Origin: Rhynchobatus australiae
Taxonomy: Eukaryota
Direction: 5' to 3'
NCBI GenBank assembly: GCA_034780895.1
Contig: JAUZTB010000017.1
Span: forward strand, 22,363,590-22,427,589
Length of the DNA: 64,000 nt
Position numbers and translations under genes: made by a program. The notes below the pieces were generated by a model. The model saw only the letters and a program-made list of their open reading frames with translations. It was not told the DNA's origin and did not search any database. This document shows positions 1 to 13,465 of the stretch, one piece after another; within the stretch, counting starts at the first letter, position 1, and each line of letters opens with the position of its first letter.

Positions 1-1076
1 TTTCCTTGATACGAGGATGTGAAACATTGCAGCCTGAAAAGGAACAGCAAATTTCGACTTCCGTGCTAAATCGCGTATCTATGCATTGTATTCAAAGCAT
101 GAATTAGAACTTATATAGACATGTCACGCATCACTCTCAGCAGCAAGACAGTTTTCTCCAGAAAGAGAGAGAAAGATAATGCAAGAATAAGAGGAGTTAT
201 ATATCAGGTTTTTAATCAACTGGATGTAAACTAGGAATGCCGAAATCATTTTAAATTCAGAGAAGGAAATGATTGCTCTAATGTCCCATGCACCAAGGAA
301 ATGACAATATTCATCTTGAGCTAGTATTTACTATGTACACTGAGAGTGTGGAGGAGGAACTGGAGAGTCAATGTTCCAGGCGTATCGTGACTGCAATATG
401 ATCACGTTTAATCTTATCTAGAATTCAGATATACCATCGACTATAAACTAGCCATATAATGTTAGAAACTTTATGTTCAATAAGAGCAGCAAATTAAAAA
501 AAACCTAAACAAACAAATTGGAAAAGGATATTCATCACATTTTCAGCATTTTTGGATTTAAATGAATGAAAAGGTGGGAAAGACTAATCCATCAAATCTG
601 TTCAACTTGCACGACTCCCACTGTTTACTTCTCCTAACAGTCTGGAACTACCAGAGGGGTAAAAAACCTCCAGGTAAATGTGGGGTTTGGGGGTGGGGGT
701 GGTGGTGGTGGTGGGGAATTCCTTGACAGTAAACACTCCCTCTCTTTTCTGAACTCCCAACCAATTAAAAACGAACTTCGGGAGGCTACGGTGCCCATGT
801 GGGAGAAGCTCCGGTGCTCCTACCTACCAACAGTTAACTGCAAGGTTAAATATATAACTTGAATAAGGAAAATCAGATTAAATTGTGGGAATTCTANNNN
901 NNNNNNNNNNNNNNNNNNNNNNNNNNNNNNNNNNNNNNNNNNNNNNNNNNNNNNNNNNNNNNNNNNNNNNNNNNNNNNNNNNNNNNNNNNNNNNNNCTCA
1001 ACAATCCATACGTGGATTGCAGTGACAGTCACAGTTATTGTTTCTCATCCATCGATAGAGAAAACAAACAGGCAAG

Positions 1077-1137
1077 TCTCTCTCTCTCTCTCTCTCTCTC
1101 TCCCTCTCTCTCCCCCTCTTCCCCCCCTCCTCCCCCC
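1077..1137. repeat. (CT)n microsatellite followed by a C-rich tract
   Basis: tctctctctctc... then ccccctcttccccccctcctcccccc seen directly. Confidence 0.95.
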
Positions 1138-2309
1138 GTGTGTCGCAAAATTTATGTATTCCCAAGTAACACCTGAGTTCTTCAGCTCCATGACTGAGAT
1201 TAGAGTAACCTTGGTTCTGGCACATAGGTTTAATAATTTGCCATTTGTCTTATAGGTAATACCATTCCAGTGGGAAGCTTGTCAGAGGAGAGAAAGATTG
1301 AGAAAAAAGCATTGGGGTAATGTCGCTGCCTTGTTTACACTGAGCCTGTTTGGGATGAGAAGGCACTCATGCCTCTGCCATAACTGCAACAGGCTCTCAA
1401 AGATTCCAACCGATCAAAACCATGGAATTTGTAATCGGCACACTGAAGAATTAATCTGAATCTTTGAAAGTACTCCATCAACAACTTAACTTAGTTATAA
1501 TTTAAGGAAAGTATGAACAACAAAAACTCTCTGTCCCTTTCAAAGGAAATCATCCTTTGCATTTGGGCAATGAAAGAGCATGGTTTCTCTGTCTGTTTCA
1601 ATTGCTTGCCACCTTGTACTTGCCAGCACAGCACATGCTGCACAGCCTGCCCTCTCTGGACCATTCCACTTTCCTCCCATTTTTTTGATCTCCAAGAGGG
1701 CTATCAATGATCCCTTCAAAGATCACAATTTTCCAGCTTATCCCAAATATTAGTCATAAATGCCAAACAAAATATTATTGTTAAACTGAAATTGAACTGT
1801 GCTGTCAGTATCAGTGGTGTCTTCTACAACATACCCTGGCTAGAAACAGCAAAAAAAACAGAAACCATCAGCAGATCCTATAAACCGTTACTCAGTGAGC
1901 CTGGGGAGGTCACTGGGAGTGGCTATTCACTGGTGGTTATCTGCTGAACCACCAGTCTTAAGATCACCTGAATTTCTGGACTTTGGTGCCAGCTTGGTTT
2001 GGGTGTAGCCCACCCCAGTTGCTTCCTGTTCCCAGTCAATATTTATCCACTTTACAAGAATAATATTTTTTGCATTGAGACAAGTTCTGAATCCAGCAAA
2101 TGCTGTAAATTAAAACTATAATTATCTGCTCACTTTTTTAACCAAATAGAAATGTAGTCAGAAATAAGAAAAAGAAATAAAATCTATTGTTCTCAAAGTG
2201 AAAACAACAGAATACTGAAACTTTGTCTGCATTCCAGAAGACTTTGAAAACTGAATGGTTTGGGGGTCTAAGCACAACAGTAAATTGAGAAATTGGTTTA
2301 ATATTGTCC

Positions 2310-2700
2310 TAGGTACAGTGAAAAAGTTTGTTTTGCATGCAATCCATACAGATCATTTCATCACATCAGTACATTGAGGTCGTACAAGGGAAAAGCAATA
2401 ACAGAATCCAGAATATAGTGTTACAGTTACAGAGAAAGTTCAGTTCAGGCAGTCAATGAAGTGAAAGGCCATGACAAGGTAGATTGTGAGGTCTTATTGT
2501 AAAAGAGGTCCATTCAATCGTCTTATAACAGCGGGACAAAAGCCGTCCTTGAGCCTGATAGTACGCAGTTTCTGGCTTTTGTATCTTCTGCCTGATGGGA
2601 GGGGGGAGAAGAGAGAATGTCCAGGCTGGGAGGGGTCTTTGATTATGTTGGCTACTTCACTAAGGCAGCGATAAGTATAGACAGAATCCATGGAAGGGAT
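2310..2700 (-). mobile_element. Rex1/Babar-type non-LTR retrotransposon, 3' fragment
   Basis: ORF 2494-2691(-) IIKDPSQPGHSLFSPLPSGRRYKSQKLRTIRLKDGFCPAVIRRLN matches the Rex1/Babar C-terminal motif (D.SHP.H.LF..LPSGRR...RL..SF.P.A.RLLN); followed by a 3' UTR. Confidence 0.8.
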
Positions 2701-3249
2701 CTATTTTAAGGCAACAATTGTAAAAAGCTTCCAAGCTGCTCAGTAAATTATAGCCATTATTATTCAACTTTTAGTTTTGGGAAGCCTTAGCATGCTGAAC
2801 ACCAAGAATTATCATAGAGATTAAATATCGGAGACTCTCCGAAACTATAAAATAGCATCCCAGGTTTTGACCAGAGGCAAAGCTTCAGCCATAGGCTGTC
2901 GGGGTAATCCAGCGACTGGACAAACACACCTTGCCACCTGAAGCCCAGTCACTGCTGAGGTCTCAGTATACCTTGCTGGGTGCCTCCTCAGTGAAGAGAC
3001 CCGTCCTCCCATCTAGCCCAGGTAACTGCAGGTATACATGCAAGGACTGTGGATTATTAGTTGGGTCCAGTATGGTTCAGCCCATTACCAATAACAAGTC
3101 CAACATAAAAGAGGGAAAATATTCATCAAAATGTGAGCATATGAGATAAGGGGAAAGTGATAGGTTAAAAGCAGTGAAAACATGAAAAGAAAATAGGAAA
3201 TATGGGACTTTGAAACTGAAAATTGGGTTTTGGTGTGTGGCTGAATAAA

Positions 3250-3400
3250 CATTCTTTATACAGAGGCCCAGGGTATAAAGAACAAACAGAATAAATTGCA
3301 AGCACAGATTCAACTGGGAAGTTATAAAATAGTGGCTATCCCTGAGACAGGGCTGCAAGATGGTCAGCAGTGGGAATTGAATATAAGAGGTTAAAAGGAA
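3250..3400 (+). mobile_element. CR1 LINE endonuclease N-terminal remnant
   Basis: Plus frame reads LYTEAQGIKNKQNKLQAQIQLGSYKIVAIPETGLQDGQQWELNIRG, resembling the CR1 APE start (NA.SI.NK..EL...I......VAI.ETWL). Confidence 0.75.
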
Positions 3401-3924
3401 ATGTGGGAAAACTGGTCGAGCCTCAGTGGTTGAGTGAAATTGTTTCATTGCTCAGAATGAACATAACAAGCAGCAAACAGGTTCTGGAGGCATTATGACA
3501 AGGAAATTCAATAGCATAACACTGTTCTTTTAAATATTATGTATTTGAAAATTGACTTTACCTTAAATGAAATGCAATATAGACCATTTCTTGGTCAATT
3601 TGTGTCACTTAGGAAATTCAATTGGGCACCTGTGTACAAGATGACGTTTGCTCCTGACTGTTGTCAGTTTTGCCCTGTGCGATGTGAAGTTTCAAGGAAG
3701 CAACATAACAAGNNNNNNNNNNNNNNNNNNNNNNNNNNNNNNNNNNNNNNNNNNNNNNNNNNNNNNNNNNNNNNNNNNNNNNNNNNNNNNNNNNNNNNNN
3801 NNNNNNNNNNNNNNNNNNNNNNNNNNNNNNNNNNNNNNNNNNNNNNNNNNNNNNNNNNNNNNNNNNNNNNNNNNNNNNNNNNNTGATTAAGTTCCTCACA
3901 GGAGACTGTTTCCTGAAGTTGAAT

Positions 3925-4810
3925 TATGTCCAGAAGTCTAGGGTTGGGGCCTCAACTATTCCCTGCATTTCTTAACTACTTAGATGGTGAGATTAGAAAG
4001 CCATACTGCCAAGCTTTTCAACACAAAACCAGCAGTGTAGATGGTAGCATTAAATTGCAAAGATATAAGAGATTAAGCTTATGGCAAATAGAATTCAATG
4101 TGGGCAAATGTGGGATTGTTCACTTCAGAGAGGGAAAGAATACTTGCTTAACATGTAAATTAATAGTAGTAGAAGTCCAAGGAGACTCGAAGGTTCTTGT
4201 ATATAGATCATTAAATATCATGGAACAGATGTTATTCAAAAATATTAATGGAATGCTGAGCTTTATATCTAGAGGATAAGAATGTAAAGGTGTTGGAGTT
4301 AAGCTACAACTATTCAAAAGCCTGGTTAGGTCACACCTGGAATATTCCAATTCAGGAGGAATTTATTGACCTTAAAGAGAGCGCAGGGTAGATCTATCAG
4401 CATGATACCTGCACACAGATTAAATTACGAGGAGAGATTACACAAATAAGGGTTGTTTTCCCTGCACTTTAGAAGGATATGGGGTGATTAGATTGATGTT
4501 TTCAATATATTAAGAGAATCTATCTCTACTCTTTTCAGAGTCCAGAACAAAGTATACAAGAGTATAAAATTTAAAAACAAATCATATAGAGGTAAGTGTA
4601 GAAATTTGGAATGGCTTTTCACAAATAGCATTTGATGTGAGGTTGATTTATAATCTTAATCTAAGGTTAATGGATTTTTTAAAAAAATCAAAACTGTTAA
4701 GAAATATGAGGAAAAGATGGGTGTATGTATTTAGGCCGCAGGTCAACCATGATCTCTTTAAATATCAAAGCAGCTCAAGGAACTGAGTGGTCTTCTCCTG
4801 GTTCTTGTCT
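3925..4810 (+). mobile_element. CR1 LINE RT and 3' fragment, degenerate
   Basis: ORF 3926-4279 has LGPQLF, WQIEFNVGKCGIVHF and NGMLSFISRG; downstream 'ctggttaggtcacacctggaatatt' (LVRSHLEY). Confidence 0.85.
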
Positions 4811-6372
4811 TTCCTCCTCTGTTCCCATGGGGAAGAAGTGACAATTTAACTTCTGGATTGGAAGAGTGGAAATTGAAAGTGGAAGACAAACAAACAGCGT
4901 AAACAAAAAGAAATGTAAGGATGAAGAGGAAGTAAAGCAAGGGGTCTCAATGAATACATGGTGCCTTGGTGAGAACAGGGAGGTTTTCTGTAGAGGAAAC
5001 TCAGAAGAATAGACCTTCTGGGCGTTCTGCAGAAAGTAACTGCAGGATTTCTCTTAAATTTTTATTTTTTTTTGCCTGCTAACCAGCCAAATTGACAGGT
5101 TGGCTGCCTTTTGGGTGGGAAAGCAGCCAAGGAGCTTAGTGAGACTGAGAACAAGGGGTTGCTGGATGGAAAGCTAAGTATGTGGGGAGAAGGACTAGAG
5201 TTAAGGATCAATAGGTTAATACACATAGAATAAACTGGACCACTTCTTAATAACCTTCTTCCATCCACCCACTATCCTTGGAGACCAAAATCCACTCCAT
5301 CCCCCATGGTTACAGAAACAGAAAGTGAGACAATTTTGGTTTTGGCTCTGAACAATTTATTTCAAGATCAATCCTAAACACAAAAAGAAAATACACTTCA
5401 GACCCAAAGGAATATAAACTGGGGGGATAAAGTTTGGCTATAGATTCTTCATCAGAACTGAAATGTTGCTTTCATATTGCTTGGAACATTAAACTGCCCT
5501 ATCTTTTTCAGCTTCTCAAGAAAATTCCAAGATTCTTGATTTCATTTCCGATTATCAGCAATCACCAGCCTGTTCTAGGAAGGGTCGATGCAGATTTCAG
5601 GTCGTGCTAGTTGGGATGATATGGGCTGAGCCATCCTGAACCCAGCCTGCTGTCCAGACTCACTGCCTGCAGCCCTCACCTGCCCACAATATACTCCCAG
5701 AATCATAGGATTGGATGGGCTGATTGGGCTCCAGGTATCAATAGATCCCAGGCACTGAGGGTCCATTCCCAAGATGCCCTGAGACCCACCGAGGGCTTGT
5801 CATTGACAAAGAATTTCAATTGTTTTAAAATGTTTCTGATGGTCAAAGACATTTAAAAATCACTCAAACAGATTTAAATAATTAAAATTATTTTAAAGTT
5901 TTAAGAGAATAAATAATTAAAACACCTTAACATACTAAAACATAATTAAAATGTATTTTATGTAAAATAAGCACCTAATTTTTTTCCACAGGGGGCGTTG
6001 ACTGTGTTCAAGTGAATGGGGTTGTTGTCAGTACATCAGCTGGGAGTTGGGGGTGAGTGGGGAGGGGTGCTGGGTGAAGAGGTATATTTATGGATGGAAG
6101 AGTTGAACAGTAATAGGTTACTGTCCACAGTCCCCATNNNNNNNNNNNNNNNNNNNNNNNNNNNNNNNNNNNNNNNNNNNNNNNNNNNNNNNNNNNNNNN
6201 NNNNNNNNNNNNNNNNNNNNNNNNNNNNNNNNNNNNNNNNNNNNNNNNNNNNNNNNNNNNNNNNNNNNNNNNNNNNNNNNNNNNNNNNNNNNNNNNNNNN
6301 NNNNNNNNNNNNNNNNNNNNNNNNNNNNNNNNNNNNNNNNNNNNNNNNNNNNNNNNNNNNNNNNNNNNNNNN

Positions 6373-6495
6373 GTGGGAGGAAACCAGAGCACCCAGAGGA
6401 AACCCACGCAGACACGGGGAGAACATACAAACTCCTTACAGACAGTGGCTGGAATTGAACCCGGGTCACTGGCACTGTAACAGCATTACACCATT
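6373..6495 (-). mobile_element. tRNA-derived V-SINE (HE1-like), 5' part; remainder in N gap
   Basis: Minus strand has B-box GGGTTCAATTCC followed by the V-domain 'gttctccccgtgtctgcgtgggtttcctctgggtgctctggtttcctcccac'. Confidence 0.85.
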
Positions 6496-8287
6496 TCATA
6501 TTTCAAATTTTGTACCTTTTATGGATCCTTGCAAAGGGACAGTGGGACTGATGGGGCTGCTCTGCTGGGAGGAGGCATGGACCCAATGAGTTGAACAGCT
6601 TCCTTCCAGAATGTAATAAGTAAGTAGAGCTGTCCCTGCCCTCAAGCAGAGGGCCAGATGCGAAGTGTGGCTGACTCCTCTGCTGAACACGTCAGTTGTC
6701 CACTGCTCAGTTCAATAGTAAGTCCGGTAGTAAAGCAAGTGGTCAGGTGTCCCAAAATTTTATCTACTGGATACATCTTACTTCTGCATTGGAAATCTGA
6801 AAGATGCTGTCACCAGTTTTGGCCAAATGTTAATTGGTATTTCACAAAATCTGCCCTAGTAAGAGTCCAAAACTAAATTCAAAAACATAAATTCACATCA
6901 GCAAAACATTCCAACGATAAGTTTTGTGTAAAACTGCAAAAATATTCTTTTGTTGAAGAAAACAAATCCTGAGTAGATATTTCTGCCAAATGGATTAAAT
7001 TTAGCACTTCCTGTACACAACAGTTAGCTTTAATTTAATTGTTGATAAACTGTTTTATATCCCTTTAGAGAATCATAAATAAACAAAACAAGAGCCACTA
7101 ATTCATTAATGATGTGCCATCAGGTATGTGCTTTTGAATTTAAATACAACTACTTTTGGTAGGGCATTTATAAACCGACCCTTATCATGCTGAATAATTA
7201 TTAGGGGAGAAAGGGGCCCATGCCCCCTGTGTGCAATGGAAACTCAGCTGGATCTGCCGCATCAATAATACAGCTATAAAAGTCAATCAGAGAACAGCAA
7301 ATGTATTTTTGTGATTTTCTAAGGGCTCTTTCACCTGAGCAGGAAGAGTTCCATAGAACCATAGAACACTACAGTAAACAGGCCATTTGGCCCTTCTAGT
7401 CTGTGCCAAAACTTTATTCCGCTAGTCCCATTGACCTGCACCCAGTCCAGAACCCTNNNNNNNNNNNNNNNNNNNNNNNNNNNNNNNNNNNNNNNNNNNN
7501 NNNNNNNNNNNNNNNNNNNNNNNNNNNNNNNNNNNNNNNNNNNNNNNNNNNNNNNNNNNNNNNNNNNNNNNNNNNNNNNNNNNNNNNNNNNNNNNNNNNN
7601 NNNNNNNNNNNNNNNNNNNNNNNNNNNNNNNNNNNNNNNNNNNNNNNNNNNNNNNNNNNNNNNNNNNNNNNNNNNNNNNNNNNNNNNNNNNNNNNNNNNN
7701 NNNNNNNNNNNNNNNNNNNNNNNNNNNNNCTCAAACCTTTTAGAAGTTATTTATTGCAAAAAAATCTTTATTCTTGTACAGGAGAGTTTATTTAACTGCC
7801 AACTATTTTCTAGTCTTCAAGAGAACATCCAAAAAAAATCTGTAGGAACATCTATCCACTTCCTGTACTTACTTCAGCCGGAGAAACATAAAATAGCTAT
7901 AAATGAGGCTAAACTGTGCCCTTGCTGCAATAGGAGCCATGTTGTATTTTGAATTTTGTACTCTCAAAACCAAGGCTCTTGTTATAATGTATTTACAAAG
8001 ATCATATATAGTAACTGGAAATTTCATTGGTTGGCCACTGAACAAAAACTACAGAAGGCAGTATACTATAATGGTAGAACACTGGCAAATGCTCACAGCA
8101 GGGCTATTTGAAAACTCCTGTTCCCAGTATCCTTAAAGACCAAACCAAAAACTTCAGTAGCTTCCAACAAGGTCTGTCTAAGAAGTTGGGGGTCAGGGAA
8201 ATGGTAGAGGTTGGCTGCAGTGAGTAGTTGGTGTGGCTGGATTGTTTGGGACACCAGGCAAGAAGCAAAGGAGTTTCAACTGGAATC

Positions 8288-8440
8288 AGAAGGTGCTGGA
8301 AATACTCAGCAGACCGGGATACATCTGTGGAAGAACGGAGTTAACCTGTTCTACTGAAGCCTCAGCAACCTGAAACGTTAGCTGTTAACTATTGACTTGG
8401 TATTCCCAGCATGTTCTGTCTTCTTTTCAGATCTCCAACA
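8288..8440. mobile_element. Short Penelope-terminal-repeat-derived fold-back element
   Basis: Left arm 'tgctggaaatactcagcag...atctgtgg', right arm '...gtattcccagcatgttctgt'; internal 'cctgaaacgtt'. Confidence 0.6.
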
Positions 8441-8999
8441 ACAACATTTTTGTACCAGTTATAGAATTTGATGTGGAGACTGAAAATATGGACAAAGTAC
8501 AAAGTTTTCGGGGACTTCTCATGGTAGGAGTAAAGGTAGGAAAACAAAGTGCTTTTGGAAGACAGTGCTGATGTCGGGGATATAATGGCTGAAAGGAACA
8601 ATGGGAAGAGTAATTAGCCTCTCTGCCAGACTTTCCCTTCTGTTTTTCATCAATCCCAGACCTTTGAATGCCGATACAGTAACTCTTCTCAGTCAGCGCT
8701 TAAAGTTGAGCAACTGAATAGTTACTGGCTGTTTAAACTTTCTCTCTCATTTTAGATTGTGGATTAACAATGAAGGTTACATTTCAAACAAAAATAGAGC
8801 TCACTGACTATTCAGGGGCGATTTTACCAGCTGCTCATCAAGCTTGGCTGTGCACAAAATAAAGCAATGGCCTGACAGAGGGATGAAAAATGCAAAACTG
8901 AAGTTAAGGGCTCAGAAGGGGGTATGATATCCTACATGGAATACTGAAGCACAGCCACATGATCCCTGGAAAAGTTGTCCTCAGCTCCTAAAGTAAACA

Positions 9000-9270
9000 T
9001 TCTTCAATTTCCAAAACATCTTAATAACATCTGTTGTTGAAACCTTCATGCATGCCCTCATCAATTCAATCATGATTGCTCCATTTCTTTCTTGGCTAGT
9101 TCCACCCTCCACCCTTCATAACATCCAGATCTCCCAAAACTCTGCTGCTTATACTCTATCCCACACCCTCATCCTCACTGACATACATTGGCTCCCAATC
9201 CCACATTTCTTCTTGTCCTTAAATCATCCCTTTGGCACTTCAAGTCTTTGCCAAATCTGTTGAAGAGGAA
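9000..9270 (+). mobile_element. L2-type LINE 3' remnant
   Basis: Translates ...ETFMHALINS...LHNIQISQNSAAYTL...LTDIHWLPI, matching the L2 C-terminal LQ..QN.AAR / LHWLP motifs. Confidence 0.7.
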
Positions 9271-12200
9271 TACAGTTCATCACAATCTTTTTCCATTCTT
9301 TCCCCTACTCGCCGCAATCTTTTCTCCAAATATNNNNNNNNNNNNNNNNNNNNNNNNNNNNNNNAACCTGCAGCCTAATTTTTCCTTAACCTCCTCCACT
9401 TCTACAAACCTCTCCCTATCAATCAAACTCAACTGTTCCCTGATTTTGGCTACTTTTACATCAATCTCCCTTATATTAGAAGCTGTACTTCAGCCACCTT
9501 TGGCTCAGCTGTTCCCCCTCCATCTCTCAACCTTCCTATTTTCCCCTAATATTCCTTGAAATCCACCAGTTCAGCCATGCTTTTGTTCACTCCTCTAATT
9601 CCCAGTTGCTTTAACTTTACAGCCATCTCATGTATCTGAAACGTGCCTAAGCACAATTTGTCAAGTCAAAGATGATATTCAAACTCCTTTCATTGTAGAT
9701 GTACAGCATGACTTTGTCTGGCTTTCGAACTGGGACATCAATCTGCTTAGAATAACATTGTAGACTTTAATCTCTATACTTCCTGGTATCACGTTCAATC
9801 AGAGGCATTGAGCCTCAAACAAAAAGAATTAGTCCTGAGTGTGTAGGTTCTGGAGCCTTCCTCAGTCACTTACATAAACAGCAGTGTGCTGTGTTCTTTC
9901 AAGTTTTCAGCCAGTCCCTGTTCTTCAAAAAGTTCTGAAAACTGCTCAAAAGGTGTCACAGCAGGTCAAGAGGGAAGCCTGATTGCAGCTGACACTGTAA
10001 TCAGCCATCACACTTTTTTTAATCTGTTTATGTACTTTGATCCCGATATGCCACAGTTGACAAATAAATAATTAAGTCATGATTGGCAAAGTGGTACCCA
10101 ACTGCTGAACTTGGCCAAGAGAGCACTAATAGTTTTAATATGAACAAACGGATAAAAAGGACATCTCATATTCCTCACCGGCACTCCTTAAGAGCGTTAT
10201 GTACTAGGATCAGATTTATTCTGACTGGTAGGCCCCAGTAGTTACAGAGAGGAAGGAAGTGATGGGAGGGAGAAGGAGGTGGGGGTGTGTGTGCGATTGT
10301 AGCTGGGACATCTGGAAAATCCAAGATCACAGTAGTCCTGGTGCATTTAATGAGAGAACTTTTTTCTTTAAGCCCACTTTATGCCTAGACAGGAAGTCCA
10401 ATAGTAGAGAGTCACAGCCAGGGTCAGTCGAGATGTCCCGTCAATTGGAAAAGATCAAGGCACGGGAGATGGACGGTGATTTAGTCTGCAGCACTAAAGT
10501 GCACAAGAAGGAAAGATTGCAGGGGGAGTGGGTTAGGAGTCTGTGCTCACTGGGGAACAGGGCTAATGACCACAGGATAGCCAACTATCACGGGGAGGCA
10601 GGCATATTGTGACAGAAGATTAGCTCCAGGGACAAAGGGGAGCACTTGCTAGATCTGGCAGCAACTGCTTGCAGCCTCTAAATTTAAATGGCTCGTAAAC
10701 TGCAAAGAAAGCAGCCTCACTCAATCACTGGAAGCAGAGACCCTCCTTTCCGAAGTAGCTTACTCAGTTATCCCTAAATCAGGTGCTGTTAAATCAGAAA
10801 TAGGAGCATTCACACCAGGTTTTATGTTTTTACCAGCTTTTTGACTCACAACTGCTCAGTGGAAGGGAGGGGGCAGGGGTTGCTCCATTACAATGGGAAG
10901 GATCATCCTGTTGTCCACTCATCACAGTTCAGCATCAGGGTCAATAACAATGCATCCAAAGCAGTGTGCAGTACACTTTGGAGAGCCTCAGCACCAGTGG
11001 AAGGTGCGGAAAAAGTGGTGCAGGGAAATAAACCACAGCTCAATGCTGCCAGCCAGATGGTTCTGATTGGATATTGAAAAAAAAAATTGCAGATATGTCT
11101 CATCTAAAACTGCTGGCCTGCTCCCAGGACTGTGATAGTCCAAGGGCGGACCACAGCATCAAGTTATCGAACCCTTGCCAAGCAATGTCTGGTAAGCAGC
11201 CCCGCCAAAAAGGAAGAGAAGATCCTATCCTGCTTCATCGCAGTTCCTCCAGTTAATGTGAGCCTATTCGAGACCTAAGCCATGATCTGCTCTTCTGGAA
11301 GTCCCAGTGAAACATAAGGAAAGTAATCCTGATGATCTGTATTGTAATCCTTTTTCTTACCAATGCACGTGGGGAGTTGGACGTTCCCCAGGTCAAAGAA
11401 CAGGAAACTTCCTCCCGCTAGTGCTATATTACTGATTTATTTTAATACTATTTAAAGATGCATTACAGTGAATACTGCATGAGAAAAGTGATTCATGTTC
11501 TAAACAGTTGCTCAAGGTTGCTCTTTGTCAACAAGTAGCAGAAAGAGCTCTCCTGGTACTCACCATCAAGTACTGTGCCCTCAGGCTGGGCATTTTATAA
11601 TTCAACTACTTAGGATATTTGCCAGAAGAATAGCAAACAGCATAATATAGAAAGGGCTGCAAGGCAATCTCATGAAACATTTCTGCCTGATGCCTTCCAA
11701 AGAGAAATTTGTACTCAGATTCCATCATAAATGCTTTTTTTCATGCAAAGAAATAAAATGAACACAGAATTATAAATCAAGCTGACAAGCAAACGCTAAT
11801 TCAGTCCTCAATGATGCATAAAAATATGAAATAATATTTGTGGGAAAATCTGCAAAAGAATGAAAAAATTATAATTCCATTAATTGCCCCCTCCAGATGT
11901 TATTATACATTGAAATCCTTATATTCCCTGTAGACCATCTTAGTACAAAAAGGAATGTCAGACCACAGTCTATGAAAGATGCAGGGCTGGTGTACACGTA
12001 GTTGTTCCTAAATTGATGCCAGAAACTTTCATTCCTTGGATTCAAGTTAGAAACTGGATAACACCAGTGTAATGGAGCCCTCCTCAAGACAGTATTCATA
12101 TTGTCATTTCTGCTCTTTATAGGACCCAGAGCTTTGCTTAGAAAGCTTACATTGCACATAAAGGTGTGAAATCTAGGAGGTGATAGTGGATTTTGTTGGT

Positions 12201-12604
12201 CTATGTAAGTTAATTTCCAAACGTCAAAGAAATGCAATTCATGGAATCCCTCCTGAATACAACCTAGCCTTCCGACACTGCTTCCAGCTGTGACATTTTG
12301 GCACAAATGTACACATCCCTGTACTAAAAGGGATTGTGAGTGGATACAGCTAATGTGGCCATCTGTGTGTTAATTTCTTCACAAACAAATGTTCTGCTTG
12401 GCAATATTCTGATCCAGTTTTGGTAACGTTAGCTGAGAAACTGTTATTTTTTTCAGTGCTACAAGATCCAAAGTTGATTTATACCGAGTGTAAATTAAGT
12501 TAGCAATCATTTCCTGGTGAAATTCTGTTAATTGTGAAATCAGACCAAGCCCTTCTAGTCTTCATTCACAGACCTAACATTGTCCCAGCAGCAGGCAAGT
12601 ACCT

Positions 12605-13465
12605 TACAGAGTCATGGTGTCATACAGTCATGCAGCATGAAATGGGGCCTTTGGTCCATCCTGGCCATCATACTTATCTATACATCCCAGTTTCCAGCAT
12701 TCAGTACCTAGCCTTTCATGCCATGGAATTGCAAGTACTCATCTAAGTAATTCGTAAATGTTGTGAGTCCCTGCCTCCATCACCCTCTCAGGCAGTGCAC
12801 TTCAACCATCCTTCAGTGAAAAAAATCTTTATCACATCCCCTCTAAAGCTCCTCTGCCTAACCTTAAATCTATGCCCTCTGGTTATAGACACATCCGCTA
12901 CGGGGAAATGGTTCCCATTATCCACCCTATCTGTACTCTTCATAATATTGTGTACCTCATCCTGCCTCATTAGGAAAATAAACCCAACCTACCTAGTCTC
13001 TCCTCGTACCTGAACTGCTCCAACCCAGATAACATCCAGGTGAATCACTTCTGCATTCTCTCCAATGCAATCACTTCATCGCTATAGTCTGATGACCAGA
13101 ACTGCTCTCAGTACTCCAGCTGTGACATAACTGATGTTGAATATAGTTTAGTATGAACTCTCTGCTCTAATATTCTGTGGCCTGGCTAATGAAAGCAAAT
13201 ATTCCAAATGCCTTCCTAATCACCTTTTCTTCCTGTACTGCTGCCTTCAGGTATCATGTACACCTCCCTGTTCCTCAGTACTTCCTATGGTCCTGCTATT
13301 CATTGGACACGTCCTAGCCTTCTTGGTCCTCCTAATATGCATCGCCTCATATTTTTCAAGATTAAATTACATCTGCCATTGTTTTGCCAATCTTAGCAAA
13401 TCACCAAATTGTTGCATAGCTAAGGACAACCCTGCTCACCATCAATAACACCATCTATCCTTGAC
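12605..13465 (-). mobile_element. CR1 LINE 3' portion
   Basis: ORF 12788-12970(-) EVHNIMKSTDRVDNGNHFP...TRGHRFKV...FRGDVIKIFFT is a typical CR1 C-terminus; the 3' UTR ends near 12605. Confidence 0.85.

Noticed and set aside
11869-12306. 145-aa minus-strand ORF within the ADAM intron
   Set aside because: No recognisable domain or ADAM similarity and no convincing splice sites
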